Source: an uncultured Gemmatimonadaceae bacterium
GTDB taxonomy: Bacteria; Gemmatimonadota; Gemmatimonadetes; Gemmatimonadales; Gemmatimonadaceae
Direction of reading: 5' to 3'
Length of the DNA: 64,000 bases
Assembly: GCA_963781585.1 (NCBI GenBank)
Contig: CAWAGQ010000010.1
Span: 128,001 to 192,000, forward strand
Shown: in pieces, positions 50,783-60,002 of the stretch
Layout of the letters: every line of letters begins with the position of its first letter
Position numbering within the stretch: the first letter of the stretch is position 1
Position numbers and translations under genes: made by a program
Notes under the pieces: model-generated
The model's database searches: none
Told to the model about the DNA's origin: nothing
The model's input: only the letters and a program-made list of their open reading frames with translations

Positions 50783-51736
50783 GTGGGCACCTCGACATCC
50801 AATCCAGGACCAATGGGACGCCCGTCGCTGCTACCGCCTTGGGCACCAGCCGCCGACGTCGGGGATGCTGGCGAAGGCGACCACGATCAAGGCGGCCAGC
50901 CGGACGATGGCAGCGCGAACGACGATGGACAGGGTGGAGCCAGTTCCGGTGATGTCGGCGCCGATTCGACCGGCACGGGGAGTGAGGCGGCTGGGCCTCC
51001 GTCGTGGATGTCGGTTCGTCGGCTCGTCGGAGCTGCGGGCTCAGGTCGCGCAGGGGGTCACCGAGGACGCGACAACCTGCATCGGGCGGTGCGGCGCTCA
51101 GTCGGTGCCATGGGCGGGCGCCGCGCAGCGGCGCACAGTGCGGTGGCTGGCCGCCAGACGGCCGGCCGGTTCGCGAGCTTTCTCGCTGGCGTCGCGGCCG
51201 GCGGCGTCGAGGCGGCGGCGGGGGCGCTGGGGATCGCCGAGCACCTCGGCGGAAGCGCGGATGTGTTCCTTCTTCACCTCGCCGACGCGCTTGCGCCGGC
51301 CGGCGCGCTGACGGAGGAAGCGATTGCACGAGACGCAATGGACGCCACGCTGATGGATCTGTATCAGCAGCTCAACATCGATGCCGACGGCGTCGTCGCC
51401 CTCGAGCGATTGTCCGCCGCGATGATGGCAGGGGCACTCGTCCAGTACGTGATCAATTACATCCATGCACGCGTGATCAATGCGCTTGCGGCGCACCTCC
51501 ATGCTTCTTCTTCAACGGTTAGCCGAATCGGAGACGCCGAGCGAACGGCCCGACGGTATATCGAGAGTGTGGTGCGGCAAGACATTGACACAAGCGCCTT
51601 CTTCGGCTCGAACGGTCAGTTACTCGCAGACCGATGGGACGCGGCTGCAGGCCAACGGATCATAAACCGCCTCTTTGAGGAAGCCTATCGAGTGGTTGAA
51701 GCTGGTCTGGCTCAATCACCGAGGGGGAGCGCGTGA
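50783..51736 (+). CDS. qatB: QatB
   Basis: N-terminal MGTS, LLPPWA; position between the KAP NTPase and QueC-like genes. Confidence 0.8.
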   Translation: MGTSTSNPGPMGRPSLLPPWAPAADVGDAGEGDHDQGGQPDDGSANDDGQGGASSGDVGADSTGTGSEAAGPPSWMSVRRLVGAAGSGRAGGHRGRDNLHRAVRRSVGAMGGRRAAAHSAVAGRQTAGRFASFLAGVAAGGVEAAAGALGIAEHLGGSADVFLLHLADALAPAGALTEEAIARDAMDATLMDLYQQLNIDADGVVALERLSAAMMAGALVQYVINYIHARVINALAAHLHASSSTVSRIGDAERTARRYIESVVRQDIDTSAFFGSNGQLLADRWDAAAGQRIINRLFEEAYRVVEAGLAQSPRGSA

Positions 51737-53139
51737 CGGCGCGTACGGCGTCTGCCATCCCGACCTATCGCGTGCTCCTCCGCGCCGGCGCCTCCGACGC
51801 AGCCAGCGTCGTCCCGAAGACGGGCGATATTCTGGTGGGACTCCGCATGGATGGTGCTCCCGGTGACGATGCCTCGCGGGTCGACGAATCGGTTTGGGAT
51901 ACCCTCTGGGCATTTGGATTGCGTCCGTCACAGCACGCCACCGACTTCTTCCGCGTGGCGACAGCGGCCTACTGCGCCGACCTTCTGATCCCGCACGAGA
52001 CCGCATTCGATCGCTGGTCGCGCGCGATCAGCCTGCACGTACCTGTCAGCGATCCGGCGCGTTGGCGCTCGGTCGAGGCGCCGCTTCGCGAAATGCTGGG
52101 CTTCCTCACCGGAGACCATTGGACGTTTGACTTCCGCGCGGTAGCTGTAGCACCACCTACGGGTCATGCGCACTTGCGGGGCCGATATGGCCCCGTCCGC
52201 GCAAGTCGGGTGAGCCTGCTGTCTGGCGGCCTCGATTCCGCCATTGGGGCCGCCGACCTGATCGACGCCGGAGAACAGGTGGCATTCGTTAGCCACAACG
52301 CCAAGAGTGGGGGCGCGGTCTTTTCGAGCCCCTCGCAGCGCGCTGTGCTCGACGTGCTTCGGCCGAGCGGGGTCGTGGGCCAAGTACATCACTTGCGTTT
52401 TCGGGTCAACCCGCCTGCCCCCATCCAAGGGATCACCGCTGCCGTCACGACGACCCGCAGTCGGTCGATCATGTTCTTCGCACTCGGTTTACTCGTGGCA
52501 AGCGCGTTGGACGCTGTTCAGCGCGACGGCCCGATCCCGCTCGTGATCCCGGAGAACGGATTGATTTCACTCAACGTGCCGCTCACGAAGGCACGGCTGG
52601 GAAGCTGGAGCACTCGTACGACTCACCCTCACACACTAGCGACGCTTCGGCTCGTGCTGGCTGGTCTCGGCCTCACGACGCCGCTCGTAACGCCGTATGC
52701 TACTGCGACGAAAGGCGAGGTCCTGGCATCGCTCGTCGCGCGAGGCCGCGAACGGGCAGAATTGCTAACCGCGGTGACTGTCTCGTGTGCCCACCCAAAC
52801 CAGAGCAGATTCTTGGAGCCTGGACGCCGCCAACCCCACTGTGGAACCTGCGTTCCGTGCATCATTCGACGTTCCGCCACGCAGCACGCGGGAATCGATG
52901 ACGCCAGATACAGCTTCAACCTGCCATCTGAGCTCACTGTCCTGCGGCGTGGTCGCGCCGAAGACCCGTCTGCATTCGCATATGCGCTGGCGACTCGTCG
53001 TCGACCGGCCCGGCCGCTCGACATCAACCTGGCCGGCCCTCTGCACGTCGATACTGATAATGACTTGCGCGCCCTTCTGCGGGTATTCGACGCCGGCATG
53101 GATGAGGTTGCGCGGTTTCTGGGCGTCGAAATCCGCTAG
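51733..53139 (+). CDS. qatC: QatC QueC-like protein
   Basis: LLSGGLDS, RSRS..F, PENGLISLN, STRTTHP, TKGE, SCAHP, HCGTCVPCIIRR. Confidence 0.92.
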   Translation: MTARTASAIPTYRVLLRAGASDAASVVPKTGDILVGLRMDGAPGDDASRVDESVWDTLWAFGLRPSQHATDFFRVATAAYCADLLIPHETAFDRWSRAISLHVPVSDPARWRSVEAPLREMLGFLTGDHWTFDFRAVAVAPPTGHAHLRGRYGPVRASRVSLLSGGLDSAIGAADLIDAGEQVAFVSHNAKSGGAVFSSPSQRAVLDVLRPSGVVGQVHHLRFRVNPPAPIQGITAAVTTTRSRSIMFFALGLLVASALDAVQRDGPIPLVIPENGLISLNVPLTKARLGSWSTRTTHPHTLATLRLVLAGLGLTTPLVTPYATATKGEVLASLVARGRERAELLTAVTVSCAHPNQSRFLEPGRRQPHCGTCVPCIIRRSATQHAGIDDARYSFNLPSELTVLRRGRAEDPSAFAYALATRRRPARPLDINLAGPLHVDTDNDLRALLRVFDAGMDEVARFLGVEIR

Positions 53140-53145
53140 CTGCCG

Positions 53146-53946
53146 ATGCCCCCCGCGCCAACCCGGTCGGCCCGCCTCGTCGACACGCATTGCCATGTCG
53201 ACCTCTTCTCCGATCCGGCCGGTGTGGTGCGTGAGACTGAAAAGCACCAGGTCTACACCATCGCGGTAACCAACACACCGTCGGTATTCTCACATCTGTG
53301 CGGAATCATCGGGAACTCCCGATTTGTGCGACCAGCCTTGGGGCTGCACCCGGAGCTCGCACCGCAGCGCCATCGTGAACTGTCGCTCTTCACCGAGTTA
53401 CTTCCACAGACCCGCTACATCGGCGAGGTCGGGCTCGATTATCAGACCACCGCCGAATCCGAGCGTGTCGTGCAGCGACGGGTCCTAACCACCATCGTCG
53501 AGCAGTGCGACGCAGTCGGCGGAAAGATCGTTACGGCGCACAGTCGGCGCGCAGCCGAGGACGTAGTGTCTGCGTTCGGTGAAGGGTTCCGAGGCGCGTA
53601 CATCTTGCACTGGTATTCGGGAGCAGTGCGAACTCTCAAGCGCGCGGTTGCCAACGGCGCGTACTTCTCGGTCAACCCTGCAATGATGCGCTCCGATCGC
53701 GGACGAACGTTGGTGTCTCAGGTGCCGCGAGAGCGCGTACTCACCGAGACGGACGGGCCATTCGTATCCGTCGACGATGCACCAGCGTTGCCATATCAAG
53801 TCCACCTTGTGGTAGACGAGTTGGCGCGACTCTGGGGTGTTTCGCCCGATGAGGCGCGCAGTACCGTGCGCCAGAATCTGTCAGCCGTGCTGCGCGGTCG
53901 CGACGGCCGTTCCGACGGAGGTATCAATGAGCGGGGCGAGCTGTGA
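53146..53946 (+). CDS. qatD: QatD TatD-family nuclease
   Basis: DTHCH, GLHP, IGEVGLD, HSRRA, LHWYSG, ETDGPF. Confidence 0.92.
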   Translation: MPPAPTRSARLVDTHCHVDLFSDPAGVVRETEKHQVYTIAVTNTPSVFSHLCGIIGNSRFVRPALGLHPELAPQRHRELSLFTELLPQTRYIGEVGLDYQTTAESERVVQRRVLTTIVEQCDAVGGKIVTAHSRRAAEDVVSAFGEGFRGAYILHWYSGAVRTLKRAVANGAYFSVNPAMMRSDRGRTLVSQVPRERVLTETDGPFVSVDDAPALPYQVHLVVDELARLWGVSPDEARSTVRQNLSAVLRGRDGRSDGGINERGEL

Positions 53947-54020
53947 ATCGGTCTAACCCACGGCAGCAGCCGACGGTTCGCGCTCGGTGCCGCGGCGCGT
54001 TCGCTCTTGTCTAGCACCCG

Positions 54021-54041
54021 GGACCCGTTCCGGGACCCGTT
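54021..54041 (+). repeat. candidate integrase arm-type sites (right)
   Basis: GGACCCGTT twice, 12-bp period, same orientation as the left pair. Confidence 0.7.
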
Positions 54042-54145
54042 CGAGGCCGAACTCGGCGCGATAGGCTCAGCGCCCAGAGCACCGCACGTGACGTCTTCAG
54101 AGGGAAGTTGGCGTATACTGCACTCAGCCCTTGTGTTTCGTCCTC

Positions 54146-54250
54146 CTTCCCAAGCTGGACGTCGCCGGTTCGAGTCCGGTCGCCCGCTCTCCCCAAGTGC
54201 TCGATCTCGACCCACCGCCGATCGCCGGAATCCCAACGGATCCCGGCGAT
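54146..54250 (+). repeat. attR direct repeat (displaced tRNA-Gly 3' half plus hairpin)
   Basis: Copy of 41304-41408; begins at the anticodon arm; no 5' tRNA half. Confidence 0.95.
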
Positions 54251-54264
54251 CTCTGCGTGAGGGC

Positions 54265-55002
54265 TCATCGGCCGCGAATGAGGAACAGCAACCCCGCCAC
54301 GATCATCGTCGCTTCGATCAGCACCACGAACACCCGCTCGGAGAGTCGATCGACAATGCGCTTGCCCGTCCAGGAGCCCAGCACCATGACGGGACCCATC
54401 GCGAGGCCTACGAGAACCGAACTGCCGGAAAGCACCGCCGCATTCCGATACGCGACGAGCTTCGTCAGATGCATCACGACCGTCGACAGCGCCTCAGTGC
54501 CGATGTAGGCGCCCCGCACGAGTCCGAACGCGAGAAAAAACGGCGCCATCAGTGGCCCAACGCTCCCAAGAAGCGCCGAGACGAAACTGGCCGCGGCCCC
54601 GATGAGGGCGAAGCCGCGGAGCGGCGGACGCGGGAAGCCGCGTGGGCGCAGATGACGCCAGGCCACCACGAACAGCAGGAAAGCGCCGAGTAGCCGGGTC
54701 AGGGCGGCCAGCGGCGCGCGGGCGAAGAGCAATCCCCCGAGAAAGCCGAGCGGCACAGATCCGACTGCGAACCATCCCACCACCCGGTAGTTCAACTCAC
54801 GGCGGTTGAACCACACCCGGCTGCCGTTGCCGATGAGCTGTGCCACGGTGAGGATCGGCACCGCATCGCGTACCCCGACGGCGACCACCAAAACAGGCAG
54901 GAGCACCGCCGCTCCGCCAAATCCGGTGATGGCCGCGAGTGTGGACGCCACAAGGGCAGCGGCGCCGACAAGGAGCGAAGATCCGGCGGAGAGGTGTGGC
55001 AT
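54265..55002 (-). CDS. TauE/SafE (TSUP) family transporter
   Basis: ITGFGGAAVLLP, GSVGPLMAP; about 8 TM. Confidence 0.88.
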   Translation of the reverse strand: MPHLSAGSSLLVGAAALVASTLAAITGFGGAAVLLPVLVVAVGVRDAVPILTVAQLIGNGSRVWFNRRELNYRVVGWFAVGSVPLGFLGGLLFARAPLAALTRLLGAFLLFVVAWRHLRPRGFPRPPLRGFALIGAAASFVSALLGSVGPLMAPFFLAFGLVRGAYIGTEALSTVVMHLTKLVAYRNAAVLSGSSVLVGLAMGPVMVLGSWTGKRIVDRLSERVFVVLIEATMIVAGLLFLIRGR

Positions 55003-55148
55003 GTGGATGCGTGCAAGGTATCGAACCGGTCTCGGGGTTGGTGAGCACGCGGTCGCGCCTTATCGAAATCCGCCTCGTCACGGGCATCACTCCACACCCA
55101 GGCCCGCGACAGAACGACGCTGTTGACGATCGGAGCGGAGACGCGTAG

Positions 55149-55173
55149 GTTCCACTAACCTGGTTAGTGGAAC
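55149..55173. promoter_or_regulatory. perfect 25-bp palindrome, candidate PadR operator
   Basis: GTTCCACTAACC-T-GGTTAGTGGAAC ends 6 bp before the padR ATG. Confidence 0.7.
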
Positions 55174-55179
55174 GACCAC

Positions 55180-55509
55180 ATGCCCGACGCCAACGACCTC
55201 CTCCACGGCACGCTCGACGTCCTCGTCCTCAAGACCCTCACCTGGGGACCGATGCACGGCTACGCCATCTCGCAATCGATCGGCGCGCGCACGCGGGGCG
55301 AGCTCGAGATTGTCGATGCTGCACTCTACAAGTCGCTGCATCGGCTCGAGGCCGGCGGGGCGGTGACGGCGGAGTGGGGCGTCTCCGACAACAATCGGCG
55401 CGCCAGGTACTACTCGCTCACGGCAAAGGGGAGGCAGCAGCTGAGAGCCGCCGCCACCACCTGGCACCGGTACGCAGCCGCGGTGGTGCGGGTACTCGGT
55501 TCCGCCTGA
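55180..55509 (+). CDS. PadR-family regulator (acidobacterial type)
   Basis: LLHGTLDVLVLKTL, MHGYAI, LYKSLHRLE, NNRRARYYSLT. Confidence 0.92.
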   Translation: MPDANDLLHGTLDVLVLKTLTWGPMHGYAISQSIGARTRGELEIVDAALYKSLHRLEAGGAVTAEWGVSDNNRRARYYSLTAKGRQQLRAAATTWHRYAAAVVRVLGSA

Positions 55510-55517
55510 GCCGCGCC

Positions 55518-58286
55518 ATGTCGCTTCACGACCATCCGAACATTCCCACCGGGGTGCGGCGCCTTCCCGCGCTCCCGGCCAGCCGATCGCGCCGCGAGCG
55601 CGAGCTGGACGACGAGGTCCGTTTTCATCTCGAGATGTGCATTGCCGATCTCGTCGCCCGCGGCATGAGCGAGGAGGACGCTCGGGCCGAAGCACAGCGG
55701 CGCTTCGGCGATACCGAGGAGCTCAGAGCCTACTGCCAGGGCGTCGAGGTGCCACACCTGCGTCGCATGACATTGCGCGAATGGTTCAGCGATGGGTCCC
55801 TCGCCCCCGCTCGAATGCGCCAGGCGGTTCGTCGCCTGATGCGCGCCCCGGTGTTCACCACCTCCGCGGTGCTCACACTCATGCTCGGTATCGGCGCGAC
55901 CTCGGCGGTGCTCGCGGTCGTCGATCGCGTCCTGCTCCGTCCGCTGCCGTATCCGCGTGCCGGGCAACTCGTCGATCTGTCGCACACGCTCACGATTTCC
56001 GGTCTGGCGTACGTCGATCAGTCGGATGCGACGTACCTGCTGTACCGGCGCGACAATCACGTGTTCAGCGACGTCGGCGCGTATCGGTCGCTCGCGGTGA
56101 ATCTGGCTTCGAACGCCGCTGCCGGATCGGGGGATGGCGCCTCGACGGAGCGACTGCCGGCGGCGCTGGCGACGGCCAGTGTCTTCCGCGTGCTGGGCGC
56201 CGCCGCGCAGCTCGGGCGTGGCCTTCGTGAGGACGACGGCGGTCCCGGCGCGCCCCCGGTGGTGGTGCTGAGTCACGGGCTCTGGCAGCGCGCGTTCGGG
56301 GGCAGTGCGTCGGTGATCGGGACGCGCGTATCCGTCGATGGCGTGCAACGCGACGTGGTGGGGGTGATGCCGGCCGGGTTCGAATTTCCGGAGTCGGGGA
56401 CGTCGCTGTGGATTCCGCTCCCCCTCGATCCGGCACGCACCCGGTCGGCGGCATTCGACTATCGCGGCATCGCGCGCCTGAAACCCGGTGTCACGCTGGA
56501 AGCGGCCCGCGCCGATCTGCAGCGACTGCTCCCGCGCGTGCCCGAAGTGTTTCCGGGTCGGCTCACCGCCGGGGCGATCACGTTGACGCGGATGCAGACG
56601 GTGGTGCGTCCGCTTCGCGATCTTCTGGTCGGCGACGTGCGACGCACGCTCTGGATCGTGCTGGGCGCGGTGGGGACGCTGCTGCTGCTCGCCTGCGCCA
56701 ACGTCGCCAACCTCTTTCTCGCACGGGCCGAAGGGCGCCACCGCGAACTCACGGTGCGGCGCGCCCTCGGGGCCGGCCGCGCCGCGCTCCTCACCGAGTT
56801 CCTGTCGGAATCGCTGCTCGTCTCCGCGGCCGGTGCCGCGTTAGGCATCGCGCTCGCCTCGGCCGGGGTGCGGCTGCTCCGGACCATGGAGTGGGGGGTC
56901 CGGATTCCGCGGCTGGCCGAGGTCCGGCTGGACGCCGCGTCGGTCGGGGTGACGGTGTGCCTGTCACTCCTCGCGGCGTTGGGGGTGGCGGTTGTTCCCT
57001 TTCTGCGCGTCCGCAAGACATCGCCGGCGGCGGCGCTCGTTGCCAGCGCGCCGTCCGCATCCGGTGGACGCACCCGGTCCCGTGCCCGACGGGCCCTCGT
57101 GGTCGTGCAGGTTGCGCTGGCCCTGGTGCTGCTCACCGCGGCCGGCCTGTTTGCACGGAGTTTCGCCCGGCTTCGCTCGGTCGATCCCGGATTCCGCGCG
57201 GATCACGTGCTGACGTTCCGGGTGGCGCTGCCCGAGGCGCTCTATCCGGACGCGGGCGATGCCGCGGCGCTCATCCTTGGCGCGCTGGACAGTATCGGTG
57301 CGCTCCCCGGTGTGGAGGCGGCCGGTGTCATCACGACGCTTCCGCTCGATCAGGAGACCCGACAGGACAGCGCGGTGTGGGTGGAGGATCATCCCGATCC
57401 AACGAGCCGCACCCTGCGCATTCATCAGATGCTGTTCGTGACCTCCGGGTATTTCCACGCGATGCGGATTCCCCTGGTGGCGGGTCGACTGTTCGCACGG
57501 CCGGAGCCGGCACTCGATGTCGGTCAGATCCCCCGCGAAGTCATCGTGAGCAAGGCATTCGCCGAGCGGTACTGGCCCGGGGGAAGCGCCATCGGAAAGC
57601 GGGTTCGCATGAATCCGGTCGATCCGTGGTCCACGATCGTCGGCGTGGTCGGTAACGTGCGCGACGATGGCCTGGACCGCCCGCCCACGGAATCGGTCTA
57701 CAATCCGCTGGTGGTGGCGAGTGTGACGGGCGCGGCGTGGTCCCCGCGGAACGTCGCGTTCGCGGCGCGGGCGCGCGGTGAGGAATCGTCGATTGCGGCG
57801 CCGATCGAGCGGGTGGTGCAGCGCCTGGCCCCGTCGCTGCCGGTGTACCGGATGATGCTGGCTGGCGCGCTGGTGTCGCGTGCGGTGTCGCGCACCACGT
57901 TCACGCTCCTGCTCCTCGGCCTGGCGGCGGTGATGGCGGTGACGATCGGAGCGGTCGGGATCTACGGCGTGATTGCCTATCTGGTGAGCTTGCGCGCGCG
58001 CGAGATGGGCGTGCGACTCGCGCTCGGGGCGCGCCCGCTGGACGTCCGCCGGCTGGTGACGCGTCAGGCGCTGGGCGACGCCGCGCTCGGCATCGGCGCC
58101 GGACTGGTCGCGGCGGCGGCGACCACGCGCGTGCTGGTCACCCTGCTGTTCGGAGTGCGTCCCCTGGATCCGATCGCGTTAGGCAGCGCGGCGGCGTTGC
58201 TGCTGATCGCCGCGCTGGCGGCGAGCTGGCTGCCCGCCCGCCGGGCGGCGCGGCTGGATCCCGCGAGCGTGCTGCGCCTGGAATAG
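55518..58286 (+). CDS. duplicated orphan ABC permease (MacB/FtsX x2, ADOP type)
   Basis: ELDDEVRFHLEM permease prefix, LACANVANL, REMGVRLALGA, PARRAARLDP. Confidence 0.9.
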   Translation: MSLHDHPNIPTGVRRLPALPASRSRRERELDDEVRFHLEMCIADLVARGMSEEDARAEAQRRFGDTEELRAYCQGVEVPHLRRMTLREWFSDGSLAPARMRQAVRRLMRAPVFTTSAVLTLMLGIGATSAVLAVVDRVLLRPLPYPRAGQLVDLSHTLTISGLAYVDQSDATYLLYRRDNHVFSDVGAYRSLAVNLASNAAAGSGDGASTERLPAALATASVFRVLGAAAQLGRGLREDDGGPGAPPVVVLSHGLWQRAFGGSASVIGTRVSVDGVQRDVVGVMPAGFEFPESGTSLWIPLPLDPARTRSAAFDYRGIARLKPGVTLEAARADLQRLLPRVPEVFPGRLTAGAITLTRMQTVVRPLRDLLVGDVRRTLWIVLGAVGTLLLLACANVANLFLARAEGRHRELTVRRALGAGRAALLTEFLSESLLVSAAGAALGIALASAGVRLLRTMEWGVRIPRLAEVRLDAASVGVTVCLSLLAALGVAVVPFLRVRKTSPAAALVASAPSASGGRTRSRARRALVVVQVALALVLLTAAGLFARSFARLRSVDPGFRADHVLTFRVALPEALYPDAGDAAALILGALDSIGALPGVEAAGVITTLPLDQETRQDSAVWVEDHPDPTSRTLRIHQMLFVTSGYFHAMRIPLVAGRLFARPEPALDVGQIPREVIVSKAFAERYWPGGSAIGKRVRMNPVDPWSTIVGVVGNVRDDGLDRPPTESVYNPLVVASVTGAAWSPRNVAFAARARGEESSIAAPIERVVQRLAPSLPVYRMMLAGALVSRAVSRTTFTLLLLGLAAVMAVTIGAVGIYGVIAYLVSLRAREMGVRLALGARPLDVRRLVTRQALGDAALGIGAGLVAAAATTRVLVTLLFGVRPLDPIALGSAAALLLIAALAASWLPARRAARLDPASVLRLE

Positions 58287-58332
58287 CACCTCGGCCGCGC
58301 GAGGCGGATTCCGGGAGACATCGACGCGGCCG

Positions 58333-59835
58333 CTATGGCCAGCGCACGGGCGCCGGACTGGCGCGCGGGGTGGTGGTTCCGTCGCCAAGCTCGCCGCTGC
58401 CGTTGTTGCCCCAGCAGTAGACCGCGCTGGCGCTGGTAATCCCGCAGCTGAAGGCGGTCCCGGGCGATATGCTCTGGAATGTCAGGCCACCAGTGACCGC
58501 GACCGGGAGGGATCGGTTGTCGAGCGTGCCGTCACCCACCTCGCCCGCGTTGTATCCCCAGCAGTAGCCCGCGCCAGCATCGGTGACGCCGCACATGGTC
58601 TCGTATCCGGCGGCAAGGCCCTGGAACGTCAGCCCGCCGCCGACCGCGACCGGAACGAGGCTTCGCGTGATCCCGCCCTCGGTGCCGCTGGTGCCGTTGC
58701 CCAGCGTTCCGACGGAATTATTTCCCCAGCAGTACGCCTTGCCGGCAGTGGTCAGGCCGCAAACGGCCAGCCCTCCTGCAGCGAGACTCCGGAAGGTCAG
58801 GCCGCCGGAGACGGGCACGGGCGCGGTGCTGCTGGTGCCAAGGCCGTTTCCCAACTGACCGAACACGCCCAGCCCCCAGCAAAAAGCGTCGCCGGCCGGC
58901 GTCAGGGCGCACGCGTAGTCGCTGCCCGCGACGATGCTCGCGAAGGCCATCCCCGCCGCCGCCACCGACGGGGTCAGGTGGGTCCCGGTGGTTCCGTCGC
59001 CGAAGGCGCCGTTGGGTGAGAATCCCCAGCAGTACGCGGTGCCGTTGATCGCCACGCCGCACACGACGGCATTGCCCACGGCAAGACTCCTGAACGTCAG
59101 CCCGCCAGCTACCGGAGTCGGGGCCAATCGTTGCGCGGTGGTACCATCTCCCAGCTGACCGCTCCGGTTCTCGCCCCAGCAGTAGGCGGCGCCACCGCCG
59201 GTGAGCCCGCAGCTGACTCCTTCGACCTTGGAGACGGAAACCGTGTTGAACGCGAGCCCGCCGGCGACCGCGATTGGTGTCGGGTTGACCGCCGACGTCT
59301 CGTTGTTCCCCAGTTGTCCGCTCTCGTTGAACCCCCAGCAATACGCGGCGCCGGCACTCGTTACCGCGCAAACATGAGCGCCCGCCGCCACGAAGCTGAC
59401 CGCGGGGCCGCCACCGGACGTGCCGCTGACCGTTACGACCTCGGTCGCCTGCTGCGCCTCAGCGCCGGGCGCACTGGCGTGCACGACGACCTGATACGAC
59501 GCCTGGGCGAGTGTCGCGGTGGCCGTGACCGTGAGGGTCGCGCTATCCGGGTCACTTGTGCCCACGAGGCTGACGACAAGCCCGGGTGGTGCGCCCGCGG
59601 CCGTGTAGGTGATGCCGCTCGCAAGTCCGCCGGTACGAGTGACCCGCAGGTAGGTGCTGGCCGACCCACCGGACCTCACCGACAGATTCGAGGTGCCAAG
59701 GGTCAACGTGAACGCCGGGGGCGGAGGATACCCGGTGCTGTCCGTAATAGCTGAGTCGCATGCCAGGATCGCGGCGCCAGCGGCGAGAATCGCGAGTACA
59801 GCACGCGTCGGCCCGAGAAGGGAGTGACGCAACAT
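58333..59835 (-). CDS. RCC1-repeat lipoprotein
   Basis: Lipobox ILAC; seven C.....G.AYCWG.N..GQLG.G repeats. Confidence 0.9.
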   Translation of the reverse strand: MLRHSLLGPTRAVLAILAAGAAILACDSAITDSTGYPPPPAFTLTLGTSNLSVRSGGSASTYLRVTRTGGLASGITYTAAGAPPGLVVSLVGTSDPDSATLTVTATATLAQASYQVVVHASAPGAEAQQATEVVTVSGTSGGGPAVSFVAAGAHVCAVTSAGAAYCWGFNESGQLGNNETSAVNPTPIAVAGGLAFNTVSVSKVEGVSCGLTGGGAAYCWGENRSGQLGDGTTAQRLAPTPVAGGLTFRSLAVGNAVVCGVAINGTAYCWGFSPNGAFGDGTTGTHLTPSVAAAGMAFASIVAGSDYACALTPAGDAFCWGLGVFGQLGNGLGTSSTAPVPVSGGLTFRSLAAGGLAVCGLTTAGKAYCWGNNSVGTLGNGTSGTEGGITRSLVPVAVGGGLTFQGLAAGYETMCGVTDAGAGYCWGYNAGEVGDGTLDNRSLPVAVTGGLTFQSISPGTAFSCGITSASAVYCWGNNGSGELGDGTTTPRASPAPVRWP

Positions 59836-60002
59836 GAGGGAGGTGGGGTGAATTGGGTCGGAGGCGCATTTTAGTTCTCAAACCTGACGGACACGACGTT
59901 GATGCGGCGTGTCAGCGCCTCGCCATGAATCGCATATCACTCCGGTTCGTTCCACTCGTTGAGGCCGAATGCGGCACGTGATGGGGGACGCCATGGTTTG
60001 AC

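Noticed and set aside
46631..53139. CBASS type II (E1/E2/JAB) or type IV (QueC)
   Set aside because: No CD-NTase-like ORF and no TGT or CBASS effector recognisable in the island
51733..53139. Housekeeping queC
   Set aside because: About twice QueC length, with Qat-type motifs and KAP NTPase/TatD context; no queD/queE/queF
54146..54188. Second tRNA-Gly gene
   Set aside because: Only the 3' half; acceptor 5' strand and D-arm missing, so it is attR
55167..55517. N-terminal extension of the permease ORF across padR
   Set aside because: Arg/Pro-rich off-frame translation of padR; the real start is ATG 55518
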